Below, piece after piece: positions 27,096 to 37,105 of a stretch of DNA of 64,000 nucleotides. The notes under the pieces are model-generated. The model ran no database searches, had not been told where the DNA came from, and was given only the letters and a program-made list of their open reading frames with translations. The DNA comes from a virus (taxonomy: Duplodnaviria > Heunggongvirae > Uroviricota > Caudoviricetes): the IMG/VR virus record IMGVR_UViG_3300021475_000005, one strand, 5' to 3'. Numbering within the stretch: the first letter of the stretch is position 1; every line of letters begins with the position of its first letter. The translations under genes and the position numbers were made by a program.

Positions 27096-28274
27096 TTACT
27101 CATCTTCATCTGATCGCCTCGCACCTTTCTCTGAAACGTTGAGACGATCATAACCTTCACCTTCGCGTTGATATGCATCAACATCGATACCGTCAGCGCG
27201 CATGGCCTCGATGTCATAGGTCTTGCGACCTTTGATCCACGAGATGGAGGCCTTAATGCCGTCGTCCGCCGTAATTGCACGTCGAACACCGGTTTCGCGG
27301 AACCATTGCTTAAGCCTCTCGGAGGCTTCCTTTGCTTCCGCTTCGGCAACCTTCTTGGCGTTCGAAGCGGCCCGCTCCGTACGCGCTAGCTGCTCGAATT
27401 CATCTAAAAGCGGGAGTGCAGTGTTCTTCTTGTTAGATTCGCCTGCTTTATCATCGGGAGTAGCATTCTTCGTTGCTCTTGAGCAGGCAACCGTGAACGG
27501 GCAGTACTCGCATCCGCCTTCGATCTTTCCTTCAGGGAAAATTTCGGCGACATTCTTTATACTGAAGACATCGGCAGCGCGTTTCTTTGCGACTTCGAAA
27601 GCCTTCTGGTCGTAGCTGACGATAAAAACATCTATATCATCGAAGAAGCTGGCATCGACATACAGGATCACGGCATAATTCGGTTTGTACATCGTCTTTT
27701 GGCGGATCAAGCCCATTTGAACTTGAACCTGCCCACGATGGACGGCTTTTTCTTCTTTTAAATTGACGCGGGGATCGATGGATTTCACTTCGAATGTGAA
27801 GCAACCGCTGCCGCCGAGAGACGCAATTCCATATTCAGCAAGCGCATCATCCGCAACACCGATTACAAGTCCGTCAGGTGTAGCCGACAGTCTGCCGTCG
27901 ATCAGTGTACGCTGTTTCTTACCACCCCAGACTAGACGCGCTGAGCCGTGTAAGTTCTCCATGAACCAGCGGACAGCAGGCTCGACGAAATGGTTTTCAA
28001 TCAAGTCACCGCGTTGAAGCGCACCCCATTTGTCTTTGTGGTCCGTATCCTTTTCGGTACCATGTTTGCCAAACCATGCCTTGCGCATGCAGCCAAAGAC
28101 TTCAGACGCACCTACGCTCTGGCTGCGATCATGTTTCCAAGTCTTCTGATGTGCCTTAACATATGCATCAAAACCTTTTTCAAAGTTGATGACTGTCGGA
28201 ACGGCAGTATCGGCTTTTACGGATTCTAGGACCTCACTCAAGGAAGAAAATCCTTCGTCAATGATTTCATCCAC
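27096..28274 (-). CDS. PD-(D/E)xK recombination exonuclease, YqaJ / lambda-exo-like
   Basis: Contains SVGASEVFGCM, LSATPDGLV and FEVKS (D...E.K). A downstream Cys cluster (GGCEYCPFTVAC) is also present. Confidence 0.5.
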   Translation of the reverse strand: MDEIIDEGFSSLSEVLESVKADTAVPTVINFEKGFDAYVKAHQKTWKHDRSQSVGASEVFGCMRKAWFGKHGTEKDTDHKDKWGALQRGDLIENHFVEPAVRWFMENLHGSARLVWGGKKQRTLIDGRLSATPDGLVIGVADDALAEYGIASLGGSGCFTFEVKSIDPRVNLKEEKAVHRGQVQVQMGLIRQKTMYKPNYAVILYVDASFFDDIDVFIVSYDQKAFEVAKKRAADVFSIKNVAEIFPEGKIEGGCEYCPFTVACSRATKNATPDDKAGESNKKNTALPLLDEFEQLARTERAASNAKKVAEAEAKEASERLKQWFRETGVRRAITADDGIKASISWIKGRKTYDIEAMRADGIDVDAYQREGEGYDRLNVSEKGARRSDEDE

Positions 28275-28594
28275 ATGACATCACTCAGCATGTAGATGCT
28301 CTTCCCTCGCATTCTTGCCCACGCGATTTCGCGCTTAGTGCTGTCTCCGATGTAACCACCCACATCCAGAACGAAAATCGCATCGCTTTCTTCAATCTTT
28401 GCCAGATGGATCATATCCAGATGAATTTTCTGCTTATCTGTAACCATAAGATTGTCTGTCGGCTTTCCTATGTCAGACGCTTGTCTTCCGAAACACCCAA
28501 GGGAATAAACAAGATGACCTTCGAGTGTTAGAATTTTATTATATTCTTCGAATGCCCCACGAAAGCGCGTGCTGCCACAGAGCGTAATCTTCAT
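28238..28594 (-). CDS. nucleoside 2-deoxyribosyltransferase-like (flavodoxin-fold) protein
   Basis: MKITLCGSTRF together with DVGGYIGDSTKREIAWARMRGKSIY resembles the NDT/Rcl/DUF4406 family pattern. Confidence 0.35.
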   Translation of the reverse strand: MKITLCGSTRFRGAFEEYNKILTLEGHLVYSLGCFGRQASDIGKPTDNLMVTDKQKIHLDMIHLAKIEESDAIFVLDVGGYIGDSTKREIAWARMRGKSIYMLSDVMWMKSLTKDFLP

Positions 28595-29208
28595 TTCAAA
28601 CGTTCCTTGGCCTGTTGTGCCAATTTCTGAAGTTCGTAATAGCATCGCCGGGCTGCAAGTACGTCACTAATGGCTTGGTGCGCTCCATCGAAGGCCTGAC
28701 CATTGAAAAAGAACTTGTGAATTTCCGTGAGATTTGGTTTTTTGTAACCTCCGCGTGATCCCGGAATCTTGCACACGGGCTGCGCAGCAAGCATTGTATC
28801 GAAGATTTGTTTATCCACGAATGGATCGATATTCTCGGCTTGGTGCAGCCGTCGCACTGTTCCGGTGACAATATCGTTGTCGAACCCTTTAATATTTTGG
28901 CCGACGATGGTATCGGCTGCATCGATCAAATCGAGAAAGAGATCGATAGCGGTCGTCTCATCGACGCCTACAAGCATCGCCTTCTCGGGACTGATTCCAT
29001 GAACCTTCTCGGCACCACGCCATGAGTCAATGACGCACTGAGGGGCTTCTGGATGCCGGATAATCACATCGAGACGCATTAGCTCTTTTTGATTATCATC
29101 GTCGAGGACAACGCCAAGCTGAACAATACGCGGCTGATTTGGATGACTAAGCGGCGTGCGTTTATCGCCAAAACCGCTCGTTTCTAAGTCATAAAACAGA
29201 GTAGGCAT
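28591..29208 (-). CDS. DnaQ-like 3'-5' exonuclease (DEDDh)
   Basis: Exo I (FYDLETSGF), Exo II (GQNIKGFDNDIV) and Exo III (HQAISDVLAA) are all present. Confidence 0.75.
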   Translation of the reverse strand: MPTLFYDLETSGFGDKRTPLSHPNQPRIVQLGVVLDDDNQKELMRLDVIIRHPEAPQCVIDSWRGAEKVHGISPEKAMLVGVDETTAIDLFLDLIDAADTIVGQNIKGFDNDIVTGTVRRLHQAENIDPFVDKQIFDTMLAAQPVCKIPGSRGGYKKPNLTEIHKFFFNGQAFDGAHQAISDVLAARRCYYELQKLAQQAKERLK

Positions 29209-29577
29209 TTAATTGAGTTTTCCCTTCTGCCCGGTTGAGATGGTTTCGACGGACAGAGAACCATTCTGTTCTTGTAGATCGGAGATAAATTTTCCAATGG
29301 CCTGTTGATTTGCACTATTGGCCTGAAGGCTGATCAAAGATTGTGTAACCATCTCATGATCCTTCAAAGTCGTCATAAATGTGTGAAACAACATAACACC
29401 GACAAATAGAAGCGCCATATAACCGGCAATCCAGAGTGGATGAGCAATTGCAAGCGAGACGATCCACACCACTCCCGAGATAAAGGCAAAAAGTCCAAGA
29501 CGGGCTCGAAAAGCTTTTACATTGAGATGGGCTTCGTGAAGCGCCGGGATCGTTGTTTTAGAATCATCAATCATCAT
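29209..29577 (-). CDS. hypothetical membrane protein
   Basis: Two transmembrane segments (LGLFAFISGVVWIVSLAI; IAGYMALLFVGVMLF). Confidence 0.4.
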   Translation of the reverse strand: MMIDDSKTTIPALHEAHLNVKAFRARLGLFAFISGVVWIVSLAIAHPLWIAGYMALLFVGVMLFHTFMTTLKDHEMVTQSLISLQANSANQQAIGKFISDLQEQNGSLSVETISTGQKGKLN

Positions 29578-29618
29578 GGGAGTGTTGTGTTACCTTTCTC
29601 GACTCGATCTGTCAAGGT

Positions 29619-30125
29619 TCAAGACACTTGTTTGCGGAGATTTTTTATAGGAACAATGCCATTATGGATGAGAATTTCGGAACGAATATCCATCCAGAGA
29701 TTACCTAATGTGTTTTTCCCATTATGATCTTCTCCCCATCCCCAGAAATCATCACGCCAGCTATCTTCAATCAGCGCGCGCTCACCGGTTTCGAGAAGCT
29801 TTTTCAGAACGTAGGGATGCTGAGCAACCTTTTCATATAGGATATCTCTCATCACTCCCACTTTGATTTCGTCCCAGTCAGGACGATAGAGTGCTTTGTA
29901 CGCGTTGGCGACTTTGAAAGCATTGTGCGCCGATGTCGCGTAACGAATTTCGTCTTGGATCGTCGGAGACTCTGGAAACTTCTCCCAGTGGTATGCTGCT
30001 TCGGATGTGTCAAAGCGATATCCTTTCCATAGAAGTGCAAATGACGAGAAGTTCGATAGAGGGTAAAATTCCTGCTCGTAGAAAAGAACTTGCGTATCGG
30101 TGTCAAGCTTGTAGTTCACAGCCAT
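29619..30125 (-). CDS. NADAR (YbiA-like) domain protein, copy 1
   Basis: Contains FYEQEFYPLSNFS, FDTSEAAYHWEKF and GWGED..NGKNTLGNLWMDIR. This is the YbiA/NADAR pattern. Confidence 0.7.
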   Translation of the reverse strand: MAVNYKLDTDTQVLFYEQEFYPLSNFSSFALLWKGYRFDTSEAAYHWEKFPESPTIQDEIRYATSAHNAFKVANAYKALYRPDWDEIKVGVMRDILYEKVAQHPYVLKKLLETGERALIEDSWRDDFWGWGEDHNGKNTLGNLWMDIRSEILIHNGIVPIKNLRKQVS

Positions 30126-30132
30126 TGTTTTC

Positions 30133-30672
30133 TTACTCTTCCTGATGTGTTGAAGTGTTCGGGATTTTCAAACGATTCATGATTCTGTCCTTAAGCACCG
30201 CGATATTATCGAGTTTCTCTTCCGCAATCGTAGAACGTTGCCCATAACCATAAGTTTTCAGTACGCTCTCATTTATGAATCTTTCTTTTGTTATCCAGCC
30301 TAGAAAACGCAGCCGTGTTGGGTTGATGATCTGAATTCCAACAGCAATGGATGCCTTAAGATCGACGATACTATTGAAGAACAGGTCAACCTTCTTGCCG
30401 GTGAACGTACGAGTTTTTACCTGAATGGAACCCAGAGGCGATTGCATATCTTCCCCTTCGTCTGGACCGGGTAAAATGCGGTTGTCAATCTCTAGTCCCA
30501 GATATTTAGCGACCGCGAATTCTCCCATCGCTCCAACGTAATGCAGCCCAAATTCCGTAAAATCATCACTATGTTTAAGCGAATGATTTCTGGTTGCCTC
30601 TCTCGCAGCGCTTCGATGGGAAGCGACCAGATTTATGTGAGCAACGGAGAAAGAATCGAGATCGAAAATCAT
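30133..30672 (-). CDS. hypothetical protein, possible PD-(D/E)xK nuclease fold
   Basis: GAMGEFAVAKYLG ... PGPDEGED ... IQVKT loosely resembles a restriction-endonuclease-like core. Confidence 0.25.
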   Translation of the reverse strand: MIFDLDSFSVAHINLVASHRSAAREATRNHSLKHSDDFTEFGLHYVGAMGEFAVAKYLGLEIDNRILPGPDEGEDMQSPLGSIQVKTRTFTGKKVDLFFNSIVDLKASIAVGIQIINPTRLRFLGWITKERFINESVLKTYGYGQRSTIAEEKLDNIAVLKDRIMNRLKIPNTSTHQEE

Positions 30673-30700
30673 CTTGTAAGCTTTCAGTTAGTACGACTTG

Positions 30701-31087
30701 TTAAGCGACAATCTTTCGTCCATTCGTCAGCGTGATAAATCGTTTATCAGACGGAATGTACTCACGCCATTTCTTCAGCCATGGTCCGCGCAACGTGAAC
30801 GCCCATGTATCGCCTTCACTCACGACCTTATGAAAAGTGTCTCGTGTCGTGATAATTGGGATTAAGCTGGGGCGATAAGTTTTGACTGTGCCATCGAGTT
30901 CATGCTCGACGAGCTTGCCTTTGAAAATCCACGAGATCGCATTAAAGGCGTGCGTGTGATAGGCGTCTCTCGAACCATCTTCAAAATGCAAGAAGACGAT
31001 GGAGAACAAGCGTTTCAATTCGAGGACGAATAGGCCTGTCGTATGAGATTCAGGTCCACCATCCTTGGCGACTTTGAAGAGTTTCAT
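30701..31087 (-). CDS. hypothetical protein
   Basis: The ORF is taken from the internal Met (MKLFKV), which has a GGAA-type ribosome-binding site. Confidence 0.35.
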   Translation of the reverse strand: MKLFKVAKDGGPESHTTGLFVLELKRLFSIVFLHFEDGSRDAYHTHAFNAISWIFKGKLVEHELDGTVKTYRPSLIPIITTRDTFHKVVSEGDTWAFTLRGPWLKKWREYIPSDKRFITLTNGRKIVA

Positions 31088-31098
31088 TTGGTTCCTTT

Positions 31099-33420
31099 TT
31101 AATGTGTTTCCGACCAACGCATACCGAACTTCACGTCGATATCGACCGGCGCTCTAAAGTTCAGACGAATGCCTGCTTCGACCGCAGCCTCTTTCACATT
31201 GCGTTCGCAGATTGCTAAGATTCTTGGATCGTCACGAACGGCGATCTGCAATTCGTCGTGAATCCATGCCAGCACAGCAAAATCACCATCCCATCCATGC
31301 ACGAGACCTTCGTCTTCACAAAACTGCTCGAAATAGACGCACCAAAGTTTCGCTACCGTTGCCGCTGCGCCTTGAAGCTTCGTATTCAAAACGGCGTGCT
31401 GAGAGCGCACGAAGAGATGACGGCCATCCAAAGCTTCGACATAGCCGCGCTTAGCGTCACGCTGCGAAGCTTTAACGACTGCACCGAAAGCTGGAATTCG
31501 CGTCATGAGACGACGACGCATTTCTGCGCCAAGCGCCTTGGCTTTCGACGGATACATTGCGAGTGTGGGGTCGCAGGTAATACCAAGTTTATAATCTTGT
31601 GCGCCATAGATCATGGCATAGATCGCCGTCTTTGCCGTATCGCGTGAATCCAATTCCATAACTGCTTGGTGCAGATCGTGAGGATCGGATTCGACCACGA
31701 GTTTCAGATATTCGCCGTTATCAAATTCCGACATATAATGACCAAGTGCGCGAAGCTCGATGCCTTTCTGGTCGGCACCCATCAGCTTCCAGCCCTCCGG
31801 CACATAGAAGAGATTACGAAAATCCCATCCGTGATCTCCAGCGCGTCCTTTTAGCAGCGTCTTCTTTAGTTTGATTTTACCAGCGTCATCACGCTTATAA
31901 TCGCGTGCTTCATTATCGTATTCTGGGCGACCTACAAATTGTTTTCCATCCGGATCGAGAAGCGGTTTCAAACATTCACGATCCAGATATTTCACACCAT
32001 CTTCGTTTGCTTTCCAAATTCCGTAAATAATTTTGCCGTGATCGAATGAGTACGCGACATCTGGCTGTTCCCATTGAAGTAGGTTCTTGAAAACAACGCG
32101 GGGAACCTGAGCAATATTGGGATTAGAATGAGATGCGCGGTTAGTAACTGTTCCACCGCAATTCGTACGTGCATGGATTTTGTTGTCGCCGCGTTCTAAT
32201 GCTTTTCCAATGAGCCCGTTCTTGCCATCGACGAGTTGTCCGAGACGTTTTTTGAAATAGAAAATCTCGGCGAGAACGTCGCAAATCTCAACAGTCTTTG
32301 CGAGATCGCGCAGAACGTCGTCGTCAACCTTGGCTTGACCTTTCTCGGTAAATTCTTGAGGCTCCCAGCCATAGATTTTCTCAAGGCGATTAACGATTTG
32401 TTGTCTGGAGTTAGGATTGAACTCGATAAGTTTGACAGGTGTGAAAGGACATCCGGCTTCAGTATCGCCTTTCATGATCTCTTTGAATTTGGTGGTCTTC
32501 TTGGGGATTTGAACTTCGCCCCAATGCTGACGCGTATCATCCTCACCAAAATCTGCGCGTGGACGATAGTTTGGGAGATTCTTCTCAGACTCTTTCGTCG
32601 CCGGATTATAGTAAGTGGTGGAGACTCCGGTCTTCAACCATTTCTTCGGAACCCACCATGATCCGAAATGTTCTATAGCAGTCTTCGACATACGCTCGTG
32701 ACTTTCGCGCATGTCTTCTTCTAATTTCTGTGCAAGTGGGATATCGAGCGGAAATCCATTATCCTGCGTTCGCTCCATTAGATCATGGATGGAATGCTCA
32801 AGTTTCGTCGCGAATTCAGACCAAGGACGCTCTTCAACCTTTTGCCAAAGTGCATATGTAACTTCGACATCTCGGATGGCGTATTCCTCCATCTCGCGAT
32901 TCCATTCGCCCCAGACGAATTTGGCGATTTCTGCTTTATCGGTGATGCCTAAAGCTTTAGCTTCGGTTTCTTTCACATCCTTGTAGTCGCCTTTTGGGAA
33001 ACCCAGACGCTGTCCCCATGCAGCCAATTCATGTGAACCAATGTATTCACCATCGAGTTGCTGACGTTTCCATAGACGGAAATCTCTTTCCTTGGCGTCT
33101 GCAAAGAGCATGCGCGTCATAACCATCGAATCGCGTACGATGCCTTTGGGCTGATAACGGTCGCCGTAGACCTTCCAAAGCGCCTTCTGATCGAAGCCAA
33201 CCCAGTTGTGTCCGACAATGAGAGCCGCATTATTGAGACGCTCTATGCCTTCTAGGATTGTGTTTTCACGATTATTGTGACGATACACATAATTCTCGCC
33301 GGTATCGATGTCCTTAGCGACGAGGATGTGAATCTTCGTAAGTTGCTGGAGAAGCCCGTTTGTTTCTAGGTCTGCAATGAGACGTTGATTGGATGGGGCC
33401 GAATCGGCTGTGTTGAGCAT
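31099..33420 (-). CDS. DNA polymerase, family A (T7-like), with 3'-5' exonuclease domain
   Basis: N-terminal exonuclease motif IADLETNGL. Polymerase motif B RDTAKTAIYAMIYG and motif C AWIHDELQ. Confidence 0.85.
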   Translation of the reverse strand: MLNTADSAPSNQRLIADLETNGLLQQLTKIHILVAKDIDTGENYVYRHNNRENTILEGIERLNNAALIVGHNWVGFDQKALWKVYGDRYQPKGIVRDSMVMTRMLFADAKERDFRLWKRQQLDGEYIGSHELAAWGQRLGFPKGDYKDVKETEAKALGITDKAEIAKFVWGEWNREMEEYAIRDVEVTYALWQKVEERPWSEFATKLEHSIHDLMERTQDNGFPLDIPLAQKLEEDMRESHERMSKTAIEHFGSWWVPKKWLKTGVSTTYYNPATKESEKNLPNYRPRADFGEDDTRQHWGEVQIPKKTTKFKEIMKGDTEAGCPFTPVKLIEFNPNSRQQIVNRLEKIYGWEPQEFTEKGQAKVDDDVLRDLAKTVEICDVLAEIFYFKKRLGQLVDGKNGLIGKALERGDNKIHARTNCGGTVTNRASHSNPNIAQVPRVVFKNLLQWEQPDVAYSFDHGKIIYGIWKANEDGVKYLDRECLKPLLDPDGKQFVGRPEYDNEARDYKRDDAGKIKLKKTLLKGRAGDHGWDFRNLFYVPEGWKLMGADQKGIELRALGHYMSEFDNGEYLKLVVESDPHDLHQAVMELDSRDTAKTAIYAMIYGAQDYKLGITCDPTLAMYPSKAKALGAEMRRRLMTRIPAFGAVVKASQRDAKRGYVEALDGRHLFVRSQHAVLNTKLQGAAATVAKLWCVYFEQFCEDEGLVHGWDGDFAVLAWIHDELQIAVRDDPRILAICERNVKEAAVEAGIRLNFRAPVDIDVKFGMRWSETH

Positions 33421-33462
33421 TGAGGCCGATCTAATATATGTCGGTGTTCAGGTCAAGTGGTG

Positions 33463-34185
33463 TCAGTAAATGCGATCTCTCGCATACGCTGATTCATCCG
33501 CTTTAGGGCCAGTCTTCCATCCGTTCCCACTGATCACTTCACGAAAACCACTCTGACGTAAGTCGGGATTTGGCTGGAAAGGAAGAGCGTTGCCCATATT
33601 CGCTCGTGCCCATCCTGCAAGTTCTTCTGAAATAGCTTCAAAGGAGGTATGAAAATCCTCAAGAAGTTTTTCAGTTTCATGAATAAGATTGCCAGCGCGC
33701 GTAAGAAGTTCAGGCGGAAGCTGGGGCATGACCTTAAGGTCTTCTTTAAGTAACTGCTCCCCTGCAACACCTACTAACTGATGCTTCGATTCAGGTGGCG
33801 GATTAACAGGTTTAAGTACAAAGCATTGATCGATAACTTCGTCGATCAATCTACAAAGTGGATGACTAGCACGAACTTCCTCATCTTTTTCGTTGAGATA
33901 GACGTATTGTTTCTCGATTGTGAGAAATTCATCTCCATTGAAAAATAATTTTCCAAGCTTACCAGTTTTAAGCTTGATGCCGATACTGTCTATTTCATTT
34001 TTGAAATAGGAACTATTTTCCCAATGTATATTAGTTGTGAGGACGTGGATTTTCTGTAAAGTATCGGCTGTCTCGTATCCGATACCAATTTGAATGCTGT
34101 TTCCACCGGTATGCGCGGTATAGAAAAATAGATCGTAAAGATTAGTACTGACAAAGTTCTCGCGAGCATATGTAATTTTTCGCAT
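33463..34185 (-). CDS. hypothetical protein encoded by an AT-rich gene
   Basis: About 240-aa ORF with a GGAAGTG ribosome-binding site. GC is about 40%, versus about 50% for its neighbours. Confidence 0.45.
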   Translation of the reverse strand: MRKITYARENFVSTNLYDLFFYTAHTGGNSIQIGIGYETADTLQKIHVLTTNIHWENSSYFKNEIDSIGIKLKTGKLGKLFFNGDEFLTIEKQYVYLNEKDEEVRASHPLCRLIDEVIDQCFVLKPVNPPPESKHQLVGVAGEQLLKEDLKVMPQLPPELLTRAGNLIHETEKLLEDFHTSFEAISEELAGWARANMGNALPFQPNPDLRQSGFREVISGNGWKTGPKADESAYARDRIY

Positions 34186-34195
34186 TTTCACTTCC

Positions 34196-35941
34196 TTACA
34201 GAGGAACACAAAACTTGGAACCAACGCACGTGATCAACGTGCGCTTACCGCTAGCATACTGTGCAACAAGCGTCGGTGACCATCCGGTAGGGCCATGATT
34301 ATAACCTTGTTCCATCAAGCACGACATTCCGCCTGCATAGAGACCGTTTAAGATCGCTGGAGAATGAACATGTCCAATCGTCATTTTCGAGGCGACCTTC
34401 GAGAGAGAAGCAACACCTCCTCGTGCGCCGTTGATCCCTCGGTGACCATGGTTGGAATGCTCTACGCCCCCGATATTCACATCGTCTTTGTCTTCACGCA
34501 GAAATTTGATTTTCGAACAGTCCCATTCCGTCAATTCGTTGACCGCGTGATGGAAGATTCGATAATTGCCATCGCCATTCTTAAGAGCGCGATAGGTCGC
34601 AGTTTGTAGTTCAAGAAAGAAGAGGGCATTGACGGGATCATACTTATAATCACCGGTCTTTAGCCATTTCCCGAGCGCCTGATCGTGATTGGAATCGACG
34701 ACATAGAATTGGGTGTCAGGATAACGATCCGCCAGCGTCGCCATAAACATCGCTGCTTCACTGACCTCACCCTCTACCGATTCTCGCCCCATAATATGGA
34801 GGCGATATCTATCATGGGGATCGAAAATGTTATGATGATTGCGTGCGCGGAAGTCGAGAATATCGTGAAGAAATAGATTTTCTGGTTTCAAGATATCCAG
34901 CATGGACGAATGAGTTGTATCCGTTCTCCACACTCGCGGTTCGATGCCTCCGGTCATCTTCTCATCAGTAGGGAAGACCCCAAAGATGGCATGGGCAAGT
35001 TGCGGATCGACACCCGCACAATGCACGTCGCCCGGTGTTAGTACAGAAAGGCGATTTCCCTGTGAGACTTGTCCATTCTCAACTTTACGGTCGAGATCGT
35101 AAAACGTGCCTTTGTCGTCTGCGATTAAGTGACGACAGAAGAAGTCCCCATCTTTATCGACCTCGACGAGTACTGCACCATAGATATGATGGAAGGATGC
35201 CTTAATACCGGCTTTCTTCATGATGTAATTAGATTTGGTTACCGCACCTGTCGTCATGATCTGCTTGGGCGGTAAATGCGGAAGCCGCGCAACTGAGACG
35301 AGTTGGACCTTGGCGTGGGGAAAGACGCCCCAGCGATCATTTGTATAGGTATCGAAATCCGACAGAGGCTTTGTCGCAGTTGGCAGCGTATTCATCTCAC
35401 CGCAGAAATCGATCTTGTCGGCGATGCGCATCCGGTCGGAGACGATATAGGGCTTGATACGATCAGGCCATACAACGGATGTCTTCGCATGATCCTCAAA
35501 AAGAGATTTACCATATGTGAAACCTCCAATCATAATTTCACAGGAACCGTAGTTCTTGAGGAATGTGCAGTAAGCTTCGAGATTGGTCAGGAATTGTTCG
35601 TGGAGGGCGGTGGAGTCCTGTGCAGATGAGAGAATAAAGCGGCGCACGCCTTTCTTCATTCCAATATTTTTAGCAACTGGTGCAGGACGATGACTGAAAC
35701 GAAGCTTATAAAGACGATCCTGTAAGGTCGTGCGGGGAATGCCATGCTCACGAGCAAAGGCTCGCTGTCCTCCGGCTTTCTTGACGAGTTTGAGAAGTTC
35801 GGCAGGCGCTATAGTCTGGATATCAATTGGATCATTTTGCATAAACAAGTTCCGGTCTGGCGTGAGGGGCAAGATATGCCTTTGTGAAATTCCATATAAA
35901 CCAAGAATACGGGAAACGCGGGGCTCCGTCTGAGCCTGCAA
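34196..35941 (-). CDS. calcineurin-like metallophosphoesterase with N-terminal HTH region
   Basis: Phosphoesterase motifs: GDVHCAG, DSNHD and GHVHSP. The N-terminus contains an HTH-like segment (GIPRTTLQDRLYKL). Confidence 0.55.
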   Translation of the reverse strand: MQAQTEPRVSRILGLYGISQRHILPLTPDRNLFMQNDPIDIQTIAPAELLKLVKKAGGQRAFAREHGIPRTTLQDRLYKLRFSHRPAPVAKNIGMKKGVRRFILSSAQDSTALHEQFLTNLEAYCTFLKNYGSCEIMIGGFTYGKSLFEDHAKTSVVWPDRIKPYIVSDRMRIADKIDFCGEMNTLPTATKPLSDFDTYTNDRWGVFPHAKVQLVSVARLPHLPPKQIMTTGAVTKSNYIMKKAGIKASFHHIYGAVLVEVDKDGDFFCRHLIADDKGTFYDLDRKVENGQVSQGNRLSVLTPGDVHCAGVDPQLAHAIFGVFPTDEKMTGGIEPRVWRTDTTHSSMLDILKPENLFLHDILDFRARNHHNIFDPHDRYRLHIMGRESVEGEVSEAAMFMATLADRYPDTQFYVVDSNHDQALGKWLKTGDYKYDPVNALFFLELQTATYRALKNGDGNYRIFHHAVNELTEWDCSKIKFLREDKDDVNIGGVEHSNHGHRGINGARGGVASLSKVASKMTIGHVHSPAILNGLYAGGMSCLMEQGYNHGPTGWSPTLVAQYASGKRTLITCVGSKFCVPL

Positions 35942-36557
35942 TCCAGCGTGGTCTATGGCGCAGAGTGATTTTCATAGTAAAGGCGGGATGGTCGAAGAGA
36001 TCGGAGCGGCTCTTTGCGCAGTCCCACTCATGGCGACACAGAAATGCAACAAGGCCTTTTTGTTCTTCCATCAATTTCAATGCATGGCGAGCAGCCTTCT
36101 CCGCATCTTTTCCATATGGTGGATTTGTAATAATCGCGTCTGGAGTAAAACCTTTTAAAGCCGTAACCCAATCCAGCGTAGTCGCATCATTCCATGTCGC
36201 GTTATCAGGATCGGGATGAGCAGCACGCCACGCATTATAACGTTCGGTCGCTTCAGCTTGCGTGACGAACTGGAAGAAATCGAACAGACCGTCCGGATCG
36301 AATCCCGGATAGGCTTTAATATCTGTCGAGACAAGGTTGCGTGCATCTCCCATACGTTTGGAAATGGCACCGTCGCCGCAGAACGGCTCCCATACTTGAT
36401 ATGACGGCAGATCGTCGGCGATGACTTCGAAAAGAGAGTCGATGGCAGAATCTGGGGTCGGGTAAAAATCTAAGGGAACACGCTCATATGCAGATGTTCC
36501 CATCATTGAGGGGTCTTTTCGACCCGAGTCGCTTAGGGGCATGGCCGGAATGTACAT
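35832..36557 (-). CDS. DNA N6-adenine (or N4-cytosine) methyltransferase, NPPY class. Orphan; I see no adjacent endonuclease candidate.
   Basis: Motif I (VWEPFCGDGA) and motif IV (ITNPPYGK). Confidence 0.65.
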   Translation of the reverse strand: MYIPAMPLSDSGRKDPSMMGTSAYERVPLDFYPTPDSAIDSLFEVIADDLPSYQVWEPFCGDGAISKRMGDARNLVSTDIKAYPGFDPDGLFDFFQFVTQAEATERYNAWRAAHPDPDNATWNDATTLDWVTALKGFTPDAIITNPPYGKDAEKAARHALKLMEEQKGLVAFLCRHEWDCAKSRSDLFDHPAFTMKITLRHRPRWIAGSDGAPRFPYSWFIWNFTKAYLAPHARPELVYAK

Positions 36558-36853
36558 TTGTAGGTGGCCGCGTCAAGGATTCCAGCATTATCGGTCGGAA
36601 TCCCTGACTCATATATTTCCTTGACATTTCCATATCAGTTTGATCTAGTTCATTGATGCCCCATGTTTCCCCAGCTTGGCTTTTCGCTTACGCAATGTTC
36701 GCGCTGATTGAAACCTGCGAGACGCAAAATCGAAAATTCTTTGATAACTGGCGGGCGCTCGCGAGGTTGCTGCCTTATTGAAGGCCTCGCAAGTTTCATC
36801 TTGCGGGGACTGACTTCTTTCGATACCTTTCCATCTTCTGTCCTGATGCCAGA

Positions 36854-37105
36854 GTGACTATGGGGACGCCTGCAAAGCGTTTCAGGCCGGTTAAAATCCG
36901 GCTCAGGACTCCATTCAAGGCCAATCCCATGAGCAAAGTAGGCAAACGCCTTATTGCCTCTTTACAGGAGGCGAAAGCCTTTGCTCAGGGCAAGCTTGCC
37001 CTTTCCGTTACAACTTTTACACCCAACAAGGATGGTTCCGTAACACGCCAGACACGGGTTGCAACCAGACAGGAGATCGAAGATGACGCAACAGACATGG
37101 GTTGA
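36854..37105 (+). CDS. hypothetical protein
   Basis: 83-aa ORF at the start of a plus-strand block. Confidence 0.3.
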   Translation: MTMGTPAKRFRPVKIRLRTPFKANPMSKVGKRLIASLQEAKAFAQGKLALSVTTFTPNKDGSVTRQTRVATRQEIEDDATDMG

